Assembly (NCBI GenBank): GCA_041908795.1
Contig: JAYRER010000048.1
Location: 18,413 to 82,412, forward strand
Source of the DNA: Minisyncoccota bacterium
GTDB lineage: Bacteria; Patescibacteriota; Minisyncoccia; Phycocordibacterales; UBA12088
Length of the DNA: 64,000 bases
Reading direction: 5' to 3'
Position 1 is the stretch's first letter. Every line of letters starts with the position of its first letter. Under the pieces are notes generated by a model. The model was not told the DNA's origin. It did not search any database and worked only from the letters and a program-made list of their open reading frames with translations. This document shows, piece by piece, positions 1 to 9,073 of the stretch. The position numbers and the translations under genes are program-made.

Positions 1-1125
1 ACGGAGCGCAAGACCAATCGCCACGGAAAAACTTGGACCCGCCGTCTTTAATACATTCTCCATAAATGCGGGTGCTTGAGTATGGCTGAATGGGTCAGCT
101 ATTTCGAGGGGTAACTCAAGTTGCCTGTAGGCAAAGTCACGTAATCCCACTCCCGTGGCACCACCTCCCGTAAGAACCACTTTACTAATAACTTTGTTCT
201 GCTTCTGCTGGTACGCCAGGAGCACGCGTCGCGCTTCAATAAAAATGTAGTCCATTACGAGTGTTGCCGCGTGTGATGTAGTTCCCTGCCCCTTTTTGTC
301 CGCAAGCGAAAGGGTTCGCTTCAACTCCTCCGCCTTATTAAACGTCACGTGGCTCGTGTTACTTATAGAAAATGTAACATGCTGGCTTCCCTTACTTATT
401 ACGTGTGAAGATACAACCACACCAAGCTCCACTATGTACACCTTTGTGGTTGCGGCGCCGATATCAATGATCGCAACAGGGGCCATGCTACGTTCTACTG
501 TGGCCCGAATGGTACTGAATATCTCTATTTCGTAAAATGCGGGGGTTATTCCTGCGAACTTGTACGCATCCGTATACTTTCTAAGCACCTCGTTATGTAT
601 CGCCACCAAAAGCACGAGGGCCTTTTCATCTCGCGGGTCCGGCGCAACCCCCTCGGCAGACTGCTGTTCCTGAAAGTAATGCAGTTCCGCTTGGGGCACC
701 ACAAACCAATCGAGCTGAACCTCGTTAATAGGCACCGGAATATACTTACGTGCCTCGATGGGTATCATGCTCGCGAGCTTGTTGCCCGTTAAGGGAGGTA
801 GTTCTATGAGCCGCACCAGACTTGAAGCGAAGGGTACCGACGCACCACAGACTGTCGCAGTCACATTCGCCTCGCGCATGAGGTCTTTGATGGCTTCCGC
901 GATTTTATCAGGCTGGAGATTCGTGGCTTGGCCAATTTCCTCCCCACCGAATGGGCCGAGTGCAATCTCACCGTAGGTTTCAAGAACAATAACACCCTTG
1001 TCCTTACGCAACTGTACCAACTTGATCGAGGATGTACCTATATCCACACCAAGCACACTCGAGTTACGATTCTGCTCGATAAACGGCTTTATCTTTGCAA
1101 GTAGTTGGTTGAGATTACCAAACAT
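1..1125 (-). CDS. pilM: Type IV pilus assembly protein PilM (3' end runs off the window)
   Basis: Not in the ORF track. Manual translation from ATG at 1125 gives MFGNLNQ...SVLGVDIGTSSIKLVQL...LETYGEIALGP (actin-like ATPase N-motif). The frame reaches ...AGPSFSVAIGLALR at position 1, the typical PilM C-terminus. Confidence 0.9.
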   Translation of the reverse strand, partial: MFGNLNQLLAKIKPFIEQNRNSSVLGVDIGTSSIKLVQLRKDKGVIVLETYGEIALGPFGGEEIGQATNLQPDKIAEAIKDLMREANVTATVCGASVPFASSLVRLIELPPLTGNKLASMIPIEARKYIPVPINEVQLDWFVVPQAELHYFQEQQSAEGVAPDPRDEKALVLLVAIHNEVLRKYTDAYKFAGITPAFYEIEIFSTIRATVERSMAPVAIIDIGAATTKVYIVELGVVVSSHVISKGSQHVTFSISNTSHVTFNKAEELKRTLSLADKKGQGTTSHAATLVMDYIFIEARRVLLAYQQKQNKVISKVVLTGGGATGVGLRDFAYRQLELPLEIADPFSHTQAPAFMENVLKTAGPSFSVAIGLALR

Positions 1126-1224
1126 ACAACAATATGAATATGCGTCGCACGATACACATGCACATGCACATGCACCCAGTATACAGGAGTCCAATGAGAG
1201 CTGGAACAGGTATACAGTGTACAT

Positions 1225-1866
1225 ATGCGTCAAGAAATTTTTGAGCTGCTTTTCAATTTGCTTTTTCCGCACCACGCACGCGAACGCGCCGTACGTCTAC
1301 TCACTCCGCGCACGCTCGGTGTACGCGCACGTACCATCGTGCCACCACGCCCATGCACGTGTGCTCCGCTCCCCTACCGCGACGAGCTCGTGCGTACCGC
1401 ACTCCATATGCTCAAGTACAAGGGGTACCAACGCGCGGGAGTGGTGTTCGGACAAGCGATTGCGCCGTACCTCGCCGAGCTCGTGGCAGAACGGCGCATG
1501 TTCGGCAGGTACCACAACGCCCTCTTGGTTCCGATACCCCTTACCAAGGCACGTCTTAAGAAACGTGGCTACAACCAATCTGAAATAATCGCGCATGCGC
1601 TTCTCGCAGAGCTTGGAAGTTCTACTATTGAAATCGCCACCCCACTTACACGGGTACGTGAGACACTCCCACAAGTCACCATGAAGGGCAGAAGCGCGCG
1701 GTACAAAAATCTTGCAGGAGCGTTTCGCGCGACGTTGCGACTCGAGGGACGAGACATCATCCTCCTCGACGACGTGGTGACCACGGGCGCCACACTTTCC
1801 GCCGCACAAACAGAGCTCTACCGTGCGGGCGCACGCGATGTCCTTTGTATTGCGGTCGCGCACTAG
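1225..1866 (+). CDS. comF: ComF family competence protein (phosphoribosyltransferase domain)
   Basis: LVPIPL...RGYNQSE and IILLDDVVTTGATL motifs. Confidence 0.9.
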   Translation: MRQEIFELLFNLLFPHHARERAVRLLTPRTLGVRARTIVPPRPCTCAPLPYRDELVRTALHMLKYKGYQRAGVVFGQAIAPYLAELVAERRMFGRYHNALLVPIPLTKARLKKRGYNQSEIIAHALLAELGSSTIEIATPLTRVRETLPQVTMKGRSARYKNLAGAFRATLRLEGRDIILLDDVVTTGATLSAAQTELYRAGARDVLCIAVAH

Positions 1867-1867
1867 G

Positions 1868-1892
1868 CACGTGGGAGTTCAACTCCCACGTG
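1868..1892. repeat. 12-bp perfect inverted repeat with 1-nt spacer (CACGTGGGAGTT-C-AACTCCCACGTG)
   Basis: Read directly; begins just after the comF stop. Confidence 0.85.
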
Positions 1893-1951
1893 AGACAAGT
1901 CGTCTATGTTAGCCTCACCCCATTTCGGCTTCTGATCCCGATTTTCAATTT

Positions 1952-2041
1952 TGGCGGAGGGTGAGGGATTCGAACCCTCGAGGGGTGTTACCCCCTACCT
2001 CGTTAGCAGTGAGGCGCTTTCGGCCACTCAGCCAACCCTCC
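1952..2041 (-). tRNA. tRNA-Ser(GCT)
   Basis: Reverse complement GGAGGGTTGGCTGAGTGGCCGAAAGCGCCTCA-CTGCTAA-CGAGG...GGTTCGAATCCC...CCGCCA: long variable arm, TTCGA T-loop, encoded CCA. Confidence 0.97.
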
Positions 2042-2048
2042 GTTTGTT

Positions 2049-2294
2049 TTAGTCTACACGTTGTACCAACTTCTTGAATGCTTGACCACCCTTGAATCGT
2101 TTTATTCTCTGTTCCTCCGCACGCGCCTGTGCAAGTGTAGCAAACTCTGCGCGTCATAACAGAGTCCAAGTACGCCCACGCGTCGTGCGAGTTGCTATAC
2201 CCGCATTGTGACGAAGAATGCGCACCTCGAGATCCACAGTGGAACCCACATAGTGCCTTCCGTCTTCAGACTCTAGAATGTACACCCATGCCAT
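2049..2294 (-). pseudogene. GIY-YIG nuclease (UPF0213/YazA-like) with in-frame TGA at codon 47
   Basis: Manual translation MAWVYILESEDGRHYVGSTVDLEVRILRHNAG...TWTLL*RAEFATLAQARAEEQRIKRFKGGQAFKKLV; TGA at 2154-2156. Confidence 0.85.
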
Positions 2295-2295
2295 A

Positions 2296-2364
2296 CCCTA
2301 ACCTCGTCGGCAGCTCGCCCCGCCTTGGCGGGGTGCGCGCTTAGGCCACCAAGCACAACCCTCC
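2296..2364 (-). repeat. Degenerate copy of the tRNA-Ser 5' half containing a CCCCGCCAAGGCGGGG palindrome (2318-2333)
   Basis: GGAGGGTTGtGCTtgGTGGCCtAAGCGC...CTGCcgACGAGGTtAGGG versus tRNA GGAGGGTTGGCTGAGTGGCCGAAAGCGC...CTGCTAACGAGGTAGGG. Confidence 0.7.
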
Positions 2365-2461
2365 AATGTGACGCATGGTAGCGCATCTCTGCGCACACCA
2401 CAACACGACACACTCCTCGCCACCGATCGCCACCATAGCGCAATGGTGCTAAAGTACACCT

Positions 2462-2776
2462 ATGACCAAGAACCCCTACATCAACGCACTTGTTGCGATA
2501 GTGTACATCATCCTTGTCGCTCTCGTGCTCTACGGCACACCTCACATAGTCGGAGGTAAGGATAATTTCCTCATGCCCGTTGTTGCAGTGTCTCTCTTCA
2601 CCCTCTCCGCCGCACTCATGGGGTACCTTTTTCTCTACACCCCCATGCTGCTTCTTCTTGATGGTAAAAAAGTTGAGGGAACACGTCTCTTCCTCAAAAC
2701 CGTAGCGGTGTTTGCGGGCTGTACGGCCGTTGTGTTTGGTGCCATGGTCATACTCTCGCGGCTCATGGGAGCGTAG
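2462..2776 (+). CDS. Small hypothetical membrane protein (about 3 TM)
   Basis: 104-aa ORF with three hydrophobic stretches. Confidence 0.75.
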   Translation: MTKNPYINALVAIVYIILVALVLYGTPHIVGGKDNFLMPVVAVSLFTLSAALMGYLFLYTPMLLLLDGKKVEGTRLFLKTVAVFAGCTAVVFGAMVILSRLMGA

Positions 2777-2779
2777 AAA

Positions 2780-2805
2780 GAATTACGTAATCGATTACGT
2801 AATTC
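2780..2805. repeat. 26-bp perfect palindrome GAATTACGTAATCGATTACGTAATTC
   Basis: Read directly; near-identical copy at 9867-9891. Confidence 0.9.
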
Positions 2806-2861
2806 ACAACAGCGTGACTCTTTGCTTCATCGCTACCGCCCTCCATGCTACCTTAGACGGT

Positions 2862-3638
2862 ATGCGGAGACATCATAGAACGTGGCCACTCGAACACACC
2901 CTGCGCGATTGTTTCTACAACATCCACTCGCCGTACTTTCACTTGATCAATGACACCCTTGCGGCCATAACCACACTCGCGACACTTGCGGTCATACTTG
3001 AAACGGTACCCTCGCTTACGGACTACCACCCATACTTTCGCGTCGTTGAGACAATTGCGGTTGCGGTATTTACCCTCGAGTATCTCGCCCGCATCGTCGC
3101 TCGCAGGCGCGATGTGGGTGCGTATGTGTTGAGCCTCTTTGGTATTATCGACCTCCTCGCAATCATTCCCTCACTCTTCGGAATATCGAACCTCACATGG
3201 CTCAAGACGGCGCGTGTACTTCGTATTCTGCGGCTCCTGCGACTTGTCCGTGTTGCGCACGCGCGCGATGCCGCACGCAGGCACCATCGCAAGGACCCCG
3301 ACGAGCACGAGACGCTCTTCCGCCTCGCAATCGCGATATACTTCGCGAGTCTCCTCATTTCTATCACCATTTTTGGGACACTTATCTATGTGGCCGAGGG
3401 TGGCGTGAGCGAGTTTGGCTCGATTCCGCTCGGTATGGTGTGGGCCGCCAAAGTAACGATGGGTGGGGTAGCACAGCACATGCCGCAGACGGCATGGGGC
3501 GACCTCATTACCATCGGTGCTCGCTTCACCGGCCTTGCGCTTTTCGGTCTCATGCTCTCCCTCATCGGAAGCTCCATGCGGTCTATCCTGTTTGGGACCC
3601 CCACACTTGATGGTGTGGTACAGCGTCGGCGTCCGTGA
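2862..3638 (+). CDS. Voltage-gated K+-channel-like ion transport protein (6TM) with atypical pore
   Basis: FTLEYLARI, IIDLLAIIP and S4 RVLRILRLLRLVR; start placed at ATG 2862 after TGCTACCTT. Confidence 0.8.
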   Translation: MRRHHRTWPLEHTLRDCFYNIHSPYFHLINDTLAAITTLATLAVILETVPSLTDYHPYFRVVETIAVAVFTLEYLARIVARRRDVGAYVLSLFGIIDLLAIIPSLFGISNLTWLKTARVLRILRLLRLVRVAHARDAARRHHRKDPDEHETLFRLAIAIYFASLLISITIFGTLIYVAEGGVSEFGSIPLGMVWAAKVTMGGVAQHMPQTAWGDLITIGARFTGLALFGLMLSLIGSSMRSILFGTPTLDGVVQRRRP

Positions 3639-3675
3639 GGTTGCGTAGAGCTACAGGTGCGGGTACCATAGAGTC

Positions 3676-4008
3676 ATGCGATACGTCCTTCTCATTATTG
3701 CACTGTGTGCGCTCGGGGTTGGCGGGTACTACCTTGCACGCGAGCGGGGCTTCCTGGGGTCCACCCTCCCCTACAACCCTCCCACCGCAGAAGACCTCCG
3801 ACGACTGGAAGAAATACAGCGCTCAAGCGCAACCATTGCTCCTGATGCCAATCCCGGTGCCAGTGTGCGCCCACCCGGCTCACTCCCGCGCCCCATCGAA
3901 GCAACCACCACAGCGGCAACAAGCTCTCCTGATGTGACTTCTACAACATCAAGCGATGTGGAAGGCGAAACACCAAGTGATTTGAACTCCGCGGAAGAGG
4001 TCGAATAA
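3676..4008 (+). CDS. Hypothetical secreted or membrane-anchored protein with Thr/Ser-rich tail
   Basis: N-terminal hydrophobic helix, low-complexity C-terminus, TACCAT 6 nt upstream. Confidence 0.65.
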   Translation: MRYVLLIIALCALGVGGYYLARERGFLGSTLPYNPPTAEDLRRLEEIQRSSATIAPDANPGASVRPPGSLPRPIEATTTAATSSPDVTSTTSSDVEGETPSDLNSAEEVE

Positions 4009-4027
4009 CCTCTGAATACAAACTCAT

Positions 4028-5599
4028 TCACTTGTACATCCTTCGTACGTACTCGAGCATCGCGGCGGTATCGGCTGTGGGATCAGGTGAATCAAGTGCA
4101 ACGAAGAGCACAGGTCGGTTAACTCCCCCAAAAGTGAGTGAGAAAATGCTCACCATATCTTTCTCGTGAACATCGCCAACAGTTGCACTTGATGTCGCGA
4201 ATGCGAGGAGTACCGCTGCGGGAACACGATGCTGTTCCGTATGTTGCTCGAACAATGCCACACGCTCACCACTCGTTGACGTTTCGCTCGCAATGCCCCC
4301 CAAAAAACCGGTCGTGCTGGCAAAACGATGCGTGGGCTCCATGGTCTCCCACACCGGCTTGCCATACCACGCCGTGTTGAGAGTACCTGCGGTGAGTGAG
4401 AGTACGAATGGGCGATTGTTGTAGAGGTAACGCGCGAGCACATAAAAATCCTCCGCAGTTGTCTCGTTGCCCTTCATACTACCTGTAGGCTCCGCAAATG
4501 TCGTGCTATGCATGCCGAGCGCACGCGCCTTACCGTTCATTAACTCTACGAACCTGTCGCGTCCAAACGACGCCGCTATCGCTTCCGCAGCCGCATCGCT
4601 GTTCTCAAGGAGGAGCGGGAAGAGGAGGTCGTAGAGACTGTACGTTGCGCCCGAGGTAAAGCGCATGTGGGTGCTCGTACTCACCGTCTCCGGGCCCGCA
4701 ATGCGCCCCTCAATGTTTTTATACTCACTCGCAACGAGCGCCCCCATGAGTTTCGCGGCAAGGGTCGCGTGGTGCTTCGCCTCCGACTCATTGGTGAGAA
4801 GTATGAAGCCGTTTTTCAAATCAGCCACAAGGTAGCTCTGCGCCGCAATGTCAGGCGCGTTCAAACGATAACGGTAGTTGTCGTGCGAAAAATCGTCCTC
4901 GTATACGAGTATCGGCATCCCCACATCCGTAAGCTCGTAGACCGCTTTTGCGTAGCTGTCTTCGAGGCGGATACACCCGCCCGAGTAGGTGGACGCGACA
5001 GGTGTGCCGTCGGGGTACGTGGGCCACCCGTGAATGAAGAAATTTCCCTGAAAGGGAATGCTCCACGGCATGTTCACCTGCCCGAAACTTGAGAAGTGGT
5101 TTTTTGCCTTACTCTCCGCCTTGTAGAGCCCCGCGGGAGTCTCCCACCAGCTTCCCTCCTTCCCTTTGCTCTTGATGGGCACCGACGTTGCCATTTCGCC
5201 GTTGCGGTACACGGAAAGGTTCATGGTGGAGAGGTTCGCGACTATGAAGTTTGCACCTTCGCTCTTGAGTTTGTGTTCCACATCGGAGAAAAATGTCACG
5301 TTGGAAAGCGCGGGCCACGCACCCTCAACAAGCTCCGTGGTACTAGCCGTTCCGGGCACAGAAACCGAGTAGGTGTAGAGGGGCTGTTTGGGCACCGAGT
5401 ATCCGGCGAATGCCGCGAGGGACAGGGCACATGTTGCCGCCACAAACGAGATGACGAGTGTGTACGTGCGACGCACACGCCCATCGGGTTGCTGTGCAGT
5501 GTCCGCAGATGCGAGGGAGGGAGACGAACCGTCGTCGTATGGCGGCTCATGGTACGGCACGGTCTCTCCCTGTCTCGTACGTCCGAACATGCCCATCAT
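4028..5599 (-). CDS. L,D-transpeptidase (YkuD) fused to a degenerate D-Ala-D-Ala carboxypeptidase (S11)-like domain
   Basis: WETPAG and IHGW...YSGGCIRL (YkuD); SYLVADLKNG, FVELMNGKARALGMHSTTFAEPTG (S11). Start uncertain (5599 or 5590). Confidence 0.8.
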   Translation of the reverse strand: MMGMFGRTRQGETVPYHEPPYDDGSSPSLASADTAQQPDGRVRRTYTLVISFVAATCALSLAAFAGYSVPKQPLYTYSVSVPGTASTTELVEGAWPALSNVTFFSDVEHKLKSEGANFIVANLSTMNLSVYRNGEMATSVPIKSKGKEGSWWETPAGLYKAESKAKNHFSSFGQVNMPWSIPFQGNFFIHGWPTYPDGTPVASTYSGGCIRLEDSYAKAVYELTDVGMPILVYEDDFSHDNYRYRLNAPDIAAQSYLVADLKNGFILLTNESEAKHHATLAAKLMGALVASEYKNIEGRIAGPETVSTSTHMRFTSGATYSLYDLLFPLLLENSDAAAEAIAASFGRDRFVELMNGKARALGMHSTTFAEPTGSMKGNETTAEDFYVLARYLYNNRPFVLSLTAGTLNTAWYGKPVWETMEPTHRFASTTGFLGGIASETSTSGERVALFEQHTEQHRVPAAVLLAFATSSATVGDVHEKDMVSIFSLTFGGVNRPVLFVALDSPDPTADTAAMLEYVRRMYK

Positions 5600-5600
5600 A

Positions 5601-6167
5601 CTAGCGATACGTGGGGGTCGTTTCAGCAACCCCGTCCATGTGGTTGGCGTAGCGAGCAAGCGCAAAAAGGAGCGAGGAGAGGCGGTTGAGGTACGCGAGT
5701 GTGGGAGAAGACACATCGCGAATACCCGACTCATGCACGCCCACCACCCTCCGCTCCGCTCGCCTCGCAAGGGTGCGTGCCACATCAAAGAGCGCGGAAA
5801 GGTAGGTCCCGCCCGGTATGGAAAAGCCGGTCAGTTTTGGAAAAAGTGTTTCAAGCGTATCCGTCACACGCTCAAGCGACTGCACCTTCCGTGGGGTAAT
5901 GTGCTTGTCCGCTCCCGCCACTTCCGCTTGTATAATGAAAAGGTTCTCCTGCACCTCACGCACCACATCTTCAAGTGTCACCCCTTTTTTGGTGACGGGG
6001 ATACGCACACTTCCACGTTCCCTGATATCCGCCCTCGCAAGGCCAAGATAGCTGTTGAGCTCGTCGAGGGTACCAAGCGCCTCGGGAAGCGCAGAACTCT
6101 TTGAGATGCGCTCGCTTGAGTTGAGTGTCTTGGTAGTGCCACTATCCCCTTTTCGTGTGTAGAGCAT
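5601..6167 (-). CDS. pduO: PduO-type ATP:cob(I)alamin adenosyltransferase
   Basis: LYTRKGDSGTT, GTLDELNSYLG, ARTLARRAER and YLNRLSSLLFALAR motifs. Confidence 0.9.
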   Translation of the reverse strand: MLYTRKGDSGTTKTLNSSERISKSSALPEALGTLDELNSYLGLARADIRERGSVRIPVTKKGVTLEDVVREVQENLFIIQAEVAGADKHITPRKVQSLERVTDTLETLFPKLTGFSIPGGTYLSALFDVARTLARRAERRVVGVHESGIRDVSSPTLAYLNRLSSLLFALARYANHMDGVAETTPTYR

Positions 6168-6365
6168 ACCTCAAGTATACCAAATGGTGCCCGTCGTGCG
6201 CATCCTCCCTTCATGGTTCCTTTACATACACTGTGGTCCAATAGGAAAAGAACGATGACGCACCGGGGAGGCTGTGAGGAAGCATAAAAAGTGAGAAACC
6301 GCGTGCGCTGTTCTTTTAGTCGCGCTCGCACATGGGCGTGGACCAATGACATGTCAAACGACTAA

Positions 6366-6404
6366 CGCCGGCGGGCTACTTCACTGGAAGTTGCTCGCCG
6401 GCGT
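6366..6404 (-). terminator. Long GC hairpin downstream of a small orphan ORF
   Basis: ACGCCGGCG...CGCCGGCGT arms with an inner ACTTC/GAAGT stem. Confidence 0.5.
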
Positions 6405-6409
6405 GTTTC

Positions 6410-6583
6410 TCATCCTCTTTCTTCGCCCTGAAATGGTCCTCTCTCCGGGGCTTCGTAGTTTGAGCCGCCCCGCTGCTCATGGAGGCCATACGCAGTCCAC
6501 ACGGCAATCGGGTCAGTTTCATCAAACACAACTCCTGTGCCAAGCTCAGCTGTGCGCGTTCGTGAGACACTGTCACGTTTCAT
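6410..6583 (-). CDS. Small hypothetical protein (57 aa, MKRDSVSRT...)
   Basis: Strong SD GGAAGGAG 7 nt before the ATG, followed by a hairpin. Confidence 0.4.
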   Translation of the reverse strand: MKRDSVSRTRTAELGTGVVFDETDPIAVWTAYGLHEQRGGSNYEAPERGPFQGEERG

Positions 6584-6827
6584 GCCGATTCTCCTTCCAT
6601 CACAAAACGAAGTAACAACGAAGCACAATACGTGCGGCTACCGACCAGAAAAAAGCATGCGAACAAATCAGCAACATACACAGTGTGCCCATGCTTCCCA
6701 CTGGTTACGATTTTGTCACACGAGAATCATTTGATATCCCTTTGTTTATTTTGAAATCCTAAAATCTAATACCACACACCATCATGTGACGTCAATGAGC
6801 ACACTCCTCACGTGCTATACTCACCCC

Positions 6828-9005
6828 ATGTCGGAACCTATAGTTAACGCACACATTGCCCCCCACACCCACACAGAACAGTACTTCCGCCTCCAAGAAC
6901 AGCAGAAACGGGCGCTGAACCGCCTCGGCATTCGCACCCTCGCCGACCTCCTCTACCACTTCCCCACCCGCTATGAAGCGGCGGGTGACGAGCGCACCAT
7001 TGCGGGTATCGAAGCGAACGCCGATGTCGTCCTTTTCGGCACCGTACGCAAGCCCGCAACGCGCAAAACATGGAAAAGCAAGGTGCCCATCGCAGAGGCA
7101 TGGCTTGAGGACGGCACCGGAAAGCTCAAGCTCATGTGGTTCAACCAGCCGTACATTGCCAAACTTTTGGAGGATGGGGCCACGGTCCGTGTTGCGGGAA
7201 AGGTGGTCGGTACAACAAGTAAGTACCTCGCGAACCCTGAAATTGAGCGCGTGTCCGAGCTTCCCCCGCAGGAGGATTCAATTTTTTCAACGGGAGAGAG
7301 GGCGGAGGGTGCCGAGCTCTTTGCGGTGTACCCGGAATCGTTCGGCATCACCTCCCGGTGGTTTCGCCACGCGATAGCGAAACTCCTCAATGAAAAATTG
7401 CACACCACACTACGGGACCCCATTGATGGAGCAATCCTTGCGCGCTACCACCTACCGACACTTGAGAGCGCGCTCGTATGGGTACACCAACCAAAAGAGA
7501 GTAAGAATGCGCAAGCGGCGAGAAAACGCTTTGCGTTTGAAGAGGTGTTTCTGATACAGGTGGCGAAACAGCAAGCACGCCACGAGAACGACCTTCAGCC
7601 CACTATTCCGATACCCGACGGCGCTGAACGTTCCCGTGCATTTATCGCCCGCTTGCCGTTTACCCTCACAGAAGGCCAGGAGCATGCGGTGGCCTCAATC
7701 CTCACAGACATGGCACATCCTCCCGCGATGAGCCGGCTCCTTGAGGGCGATGTGGGAAGCGGAAAGACCGCCGTTGCCGCCGCAACAGCATACGCTGTTG
7801 TCACAAGCTCCCCGAGCGGACGACCCTCGGCCACGCTTCAGGTGGCGTACATGGCCCCGACTGAAATTCTCGCGGAACAGCACTTTGCATCCTTCATTGA
7901 ACTTTTCAAACACCTCCCGATACAGGTGGGACTTATCACGAGCACCGCATGTAAAAAGTTTCCCTCAAAGGTCAGTCCGTCGAGTGCAACAAAGGTGAGC
8001 AAAGCGCAATTCTTGAAGTGGGTTCAGAACGGCGAGATTTCCATCATCATCGGCACCCATGCGCTCGTTCAGAAGAATGTTCGCTTTCGAGACCTCGCCT
8101 ACGTCATCATCGATGAACAGCACCGCTTTGGCACCGCCCAGCGCCAAGCGCTCGTGCGGAAGGACAACGTGGTGCCCCACCTCCTCTCGATGACCGCCAC
8201 CCCTATTCCTCGCACGCTCGCACTCACGCTCTACGGCGACCTTGACCTCACGGTACTCGATGAAATGCCGCCCGGACGAAAGCCCGTCATCACGGAGGTG
8301 GTCGCGAAAAGCGGGCGCGACCGCATGTACGACGCGGTGCGCCGCGAGCTCGACCGCGGGAAGCAGGTCTACGTGATATGCCCCCGCATCGAAGACCCCG
8401 ACCCACGGAAAGTCGCCGCAATACAGGCGAAGAGTGTGCGCTCGGAAGCGGCACGCTTGCGCATGAAGGAGCTCAAGGGGTACCGCATCGGTATCCTGCA
8501 CGGGCAGATGAAGCCGATCGAAAAAGATGAGGCGATGCGCGCATTCCTCACACACGAAACCGATGTGCTCGTGGCAACTTCGGTCGTTGAGGTGGGAGTG
8601 AACGTACCGAACGCAACGGTCATTGTGATAGAGGGGGCGGAACGCTTCGGTCTCGCCCAGCTCCACCAGCTCCGTGGGCGCGTGGTGCGTTCCACCGAGC
8701 AGGCGTACTGCTACGTACTCACCAGTGAAGGTGATGTAACGGGCCGCCTTCGAGCGCTCGCACGCGCGAAGAACGGCTTTGAGCTCGCCGAGCTCGACCT
8801 CAAGATTCGCGGGCCCGGGGAGCTCTACGGAAGGAGCCAGTCGGGCCTCTCCGACCTCGGCATGGAGGCGCTCAAAAACTTAAAAATGGTTGAAGCGGCT
8901 CGGATCGAAGCGGAGCGCATTGCGCGCGAAGACCCTGCGCTTGTGATGCACCCCATGTTGCGCGACGCCATCGCCTCACGCCGCGACCGTCTGCATTTTG
9001 AGTAG
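6828..9005 (+). CDS. recG: ATP-dependent DNA helicase RecG
   Basis: GDVGSGKT, DEQHRFG, TATPIPRTL, GLAQLHQLRGRV and OB/wedge domain. Confidence 0.97.
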   Translation: MSEPIVNAHIAPHTHTEQYFRLQEQQKRALNRLGIRTLADLLYHFPTRYEAAGDERTIAGIEANADVVLFGTVRKPATRKTWKSKVPIAEAWLEDGTGKLKLMWFNQPYIAKLLEDGATVRVAGKVVGTTSKYLANPEIERVSELPPQEDSIFSTGERAEGAELFAVYPESFGITSRWFRHAIAKLLNEKLHTTLRDPIDGAILARYHLPTLESALVWVHQPKESKNAQAARKRFAFEEVFLIQVAKQQARHENDLQPTIPIPDGAERSRAFIARLPFTLTEGQEHAVASILTDMAHPPAMSRLLEGDVGSGKTAVAAATAYAVVTSSPSGRPSATLQVAYMAPTEILAEQHFASFIELFKHLPIQVGLITSTACKKFPSKVSPSSATKVSKAQFLKWVQNGEISIIIGTHALVQKNVRFRDLAYVIIDEQHRFGTAQRQALVRKDNVVPHLLSMTATPIPRTLALTLYGDLDLTVLDEMPPGRKPVITEVVAKSGRDRMYDAVRRELDRGKQVYVICPRIEDPDPRKVAAIQAKSVRSEAARLRMKELKGYRIGILHGQMKPIEKDEAMRAFLTHETDVLVATSVVEVGVNVPNATVIVIEGAERFGLAQLHQLRGRVVRSTEQAYCYVLTSEGDVTGRLRALARAKNGFELAELDLKIRGPGELYGRSQSGLSDLGMEALKNLKMVEAARIEAERIAREDPALVMHPMLRDAIASRRDRLHFE

Positions 9006-9073
9006 CGAACCCGTGAGGGCTACGTGTGAGGTACTATTGGTACACTACCTTTCACTCGTTGCACAGGTAGTAT

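Noticed and set aside
1155-1175. (CACATG)x3 microsatellite between pilM and comF as a phase-variation tract
   Set aside because: Too short, with no evidence of length variation.
998-1588. Track ORFs on the + strand at 296-1588
   Set aside because: They are antisense to pilM or out of frame with comF; pilM was missed by the track only because it runs off the window edge.
1868-1892. Hairpin containing GTTCAAC as a tRNA T-arm remnant or att site
   Set aside because: It does not match the tRNA-Ser 3' end and is better explained as one of the post-stop palindromes.
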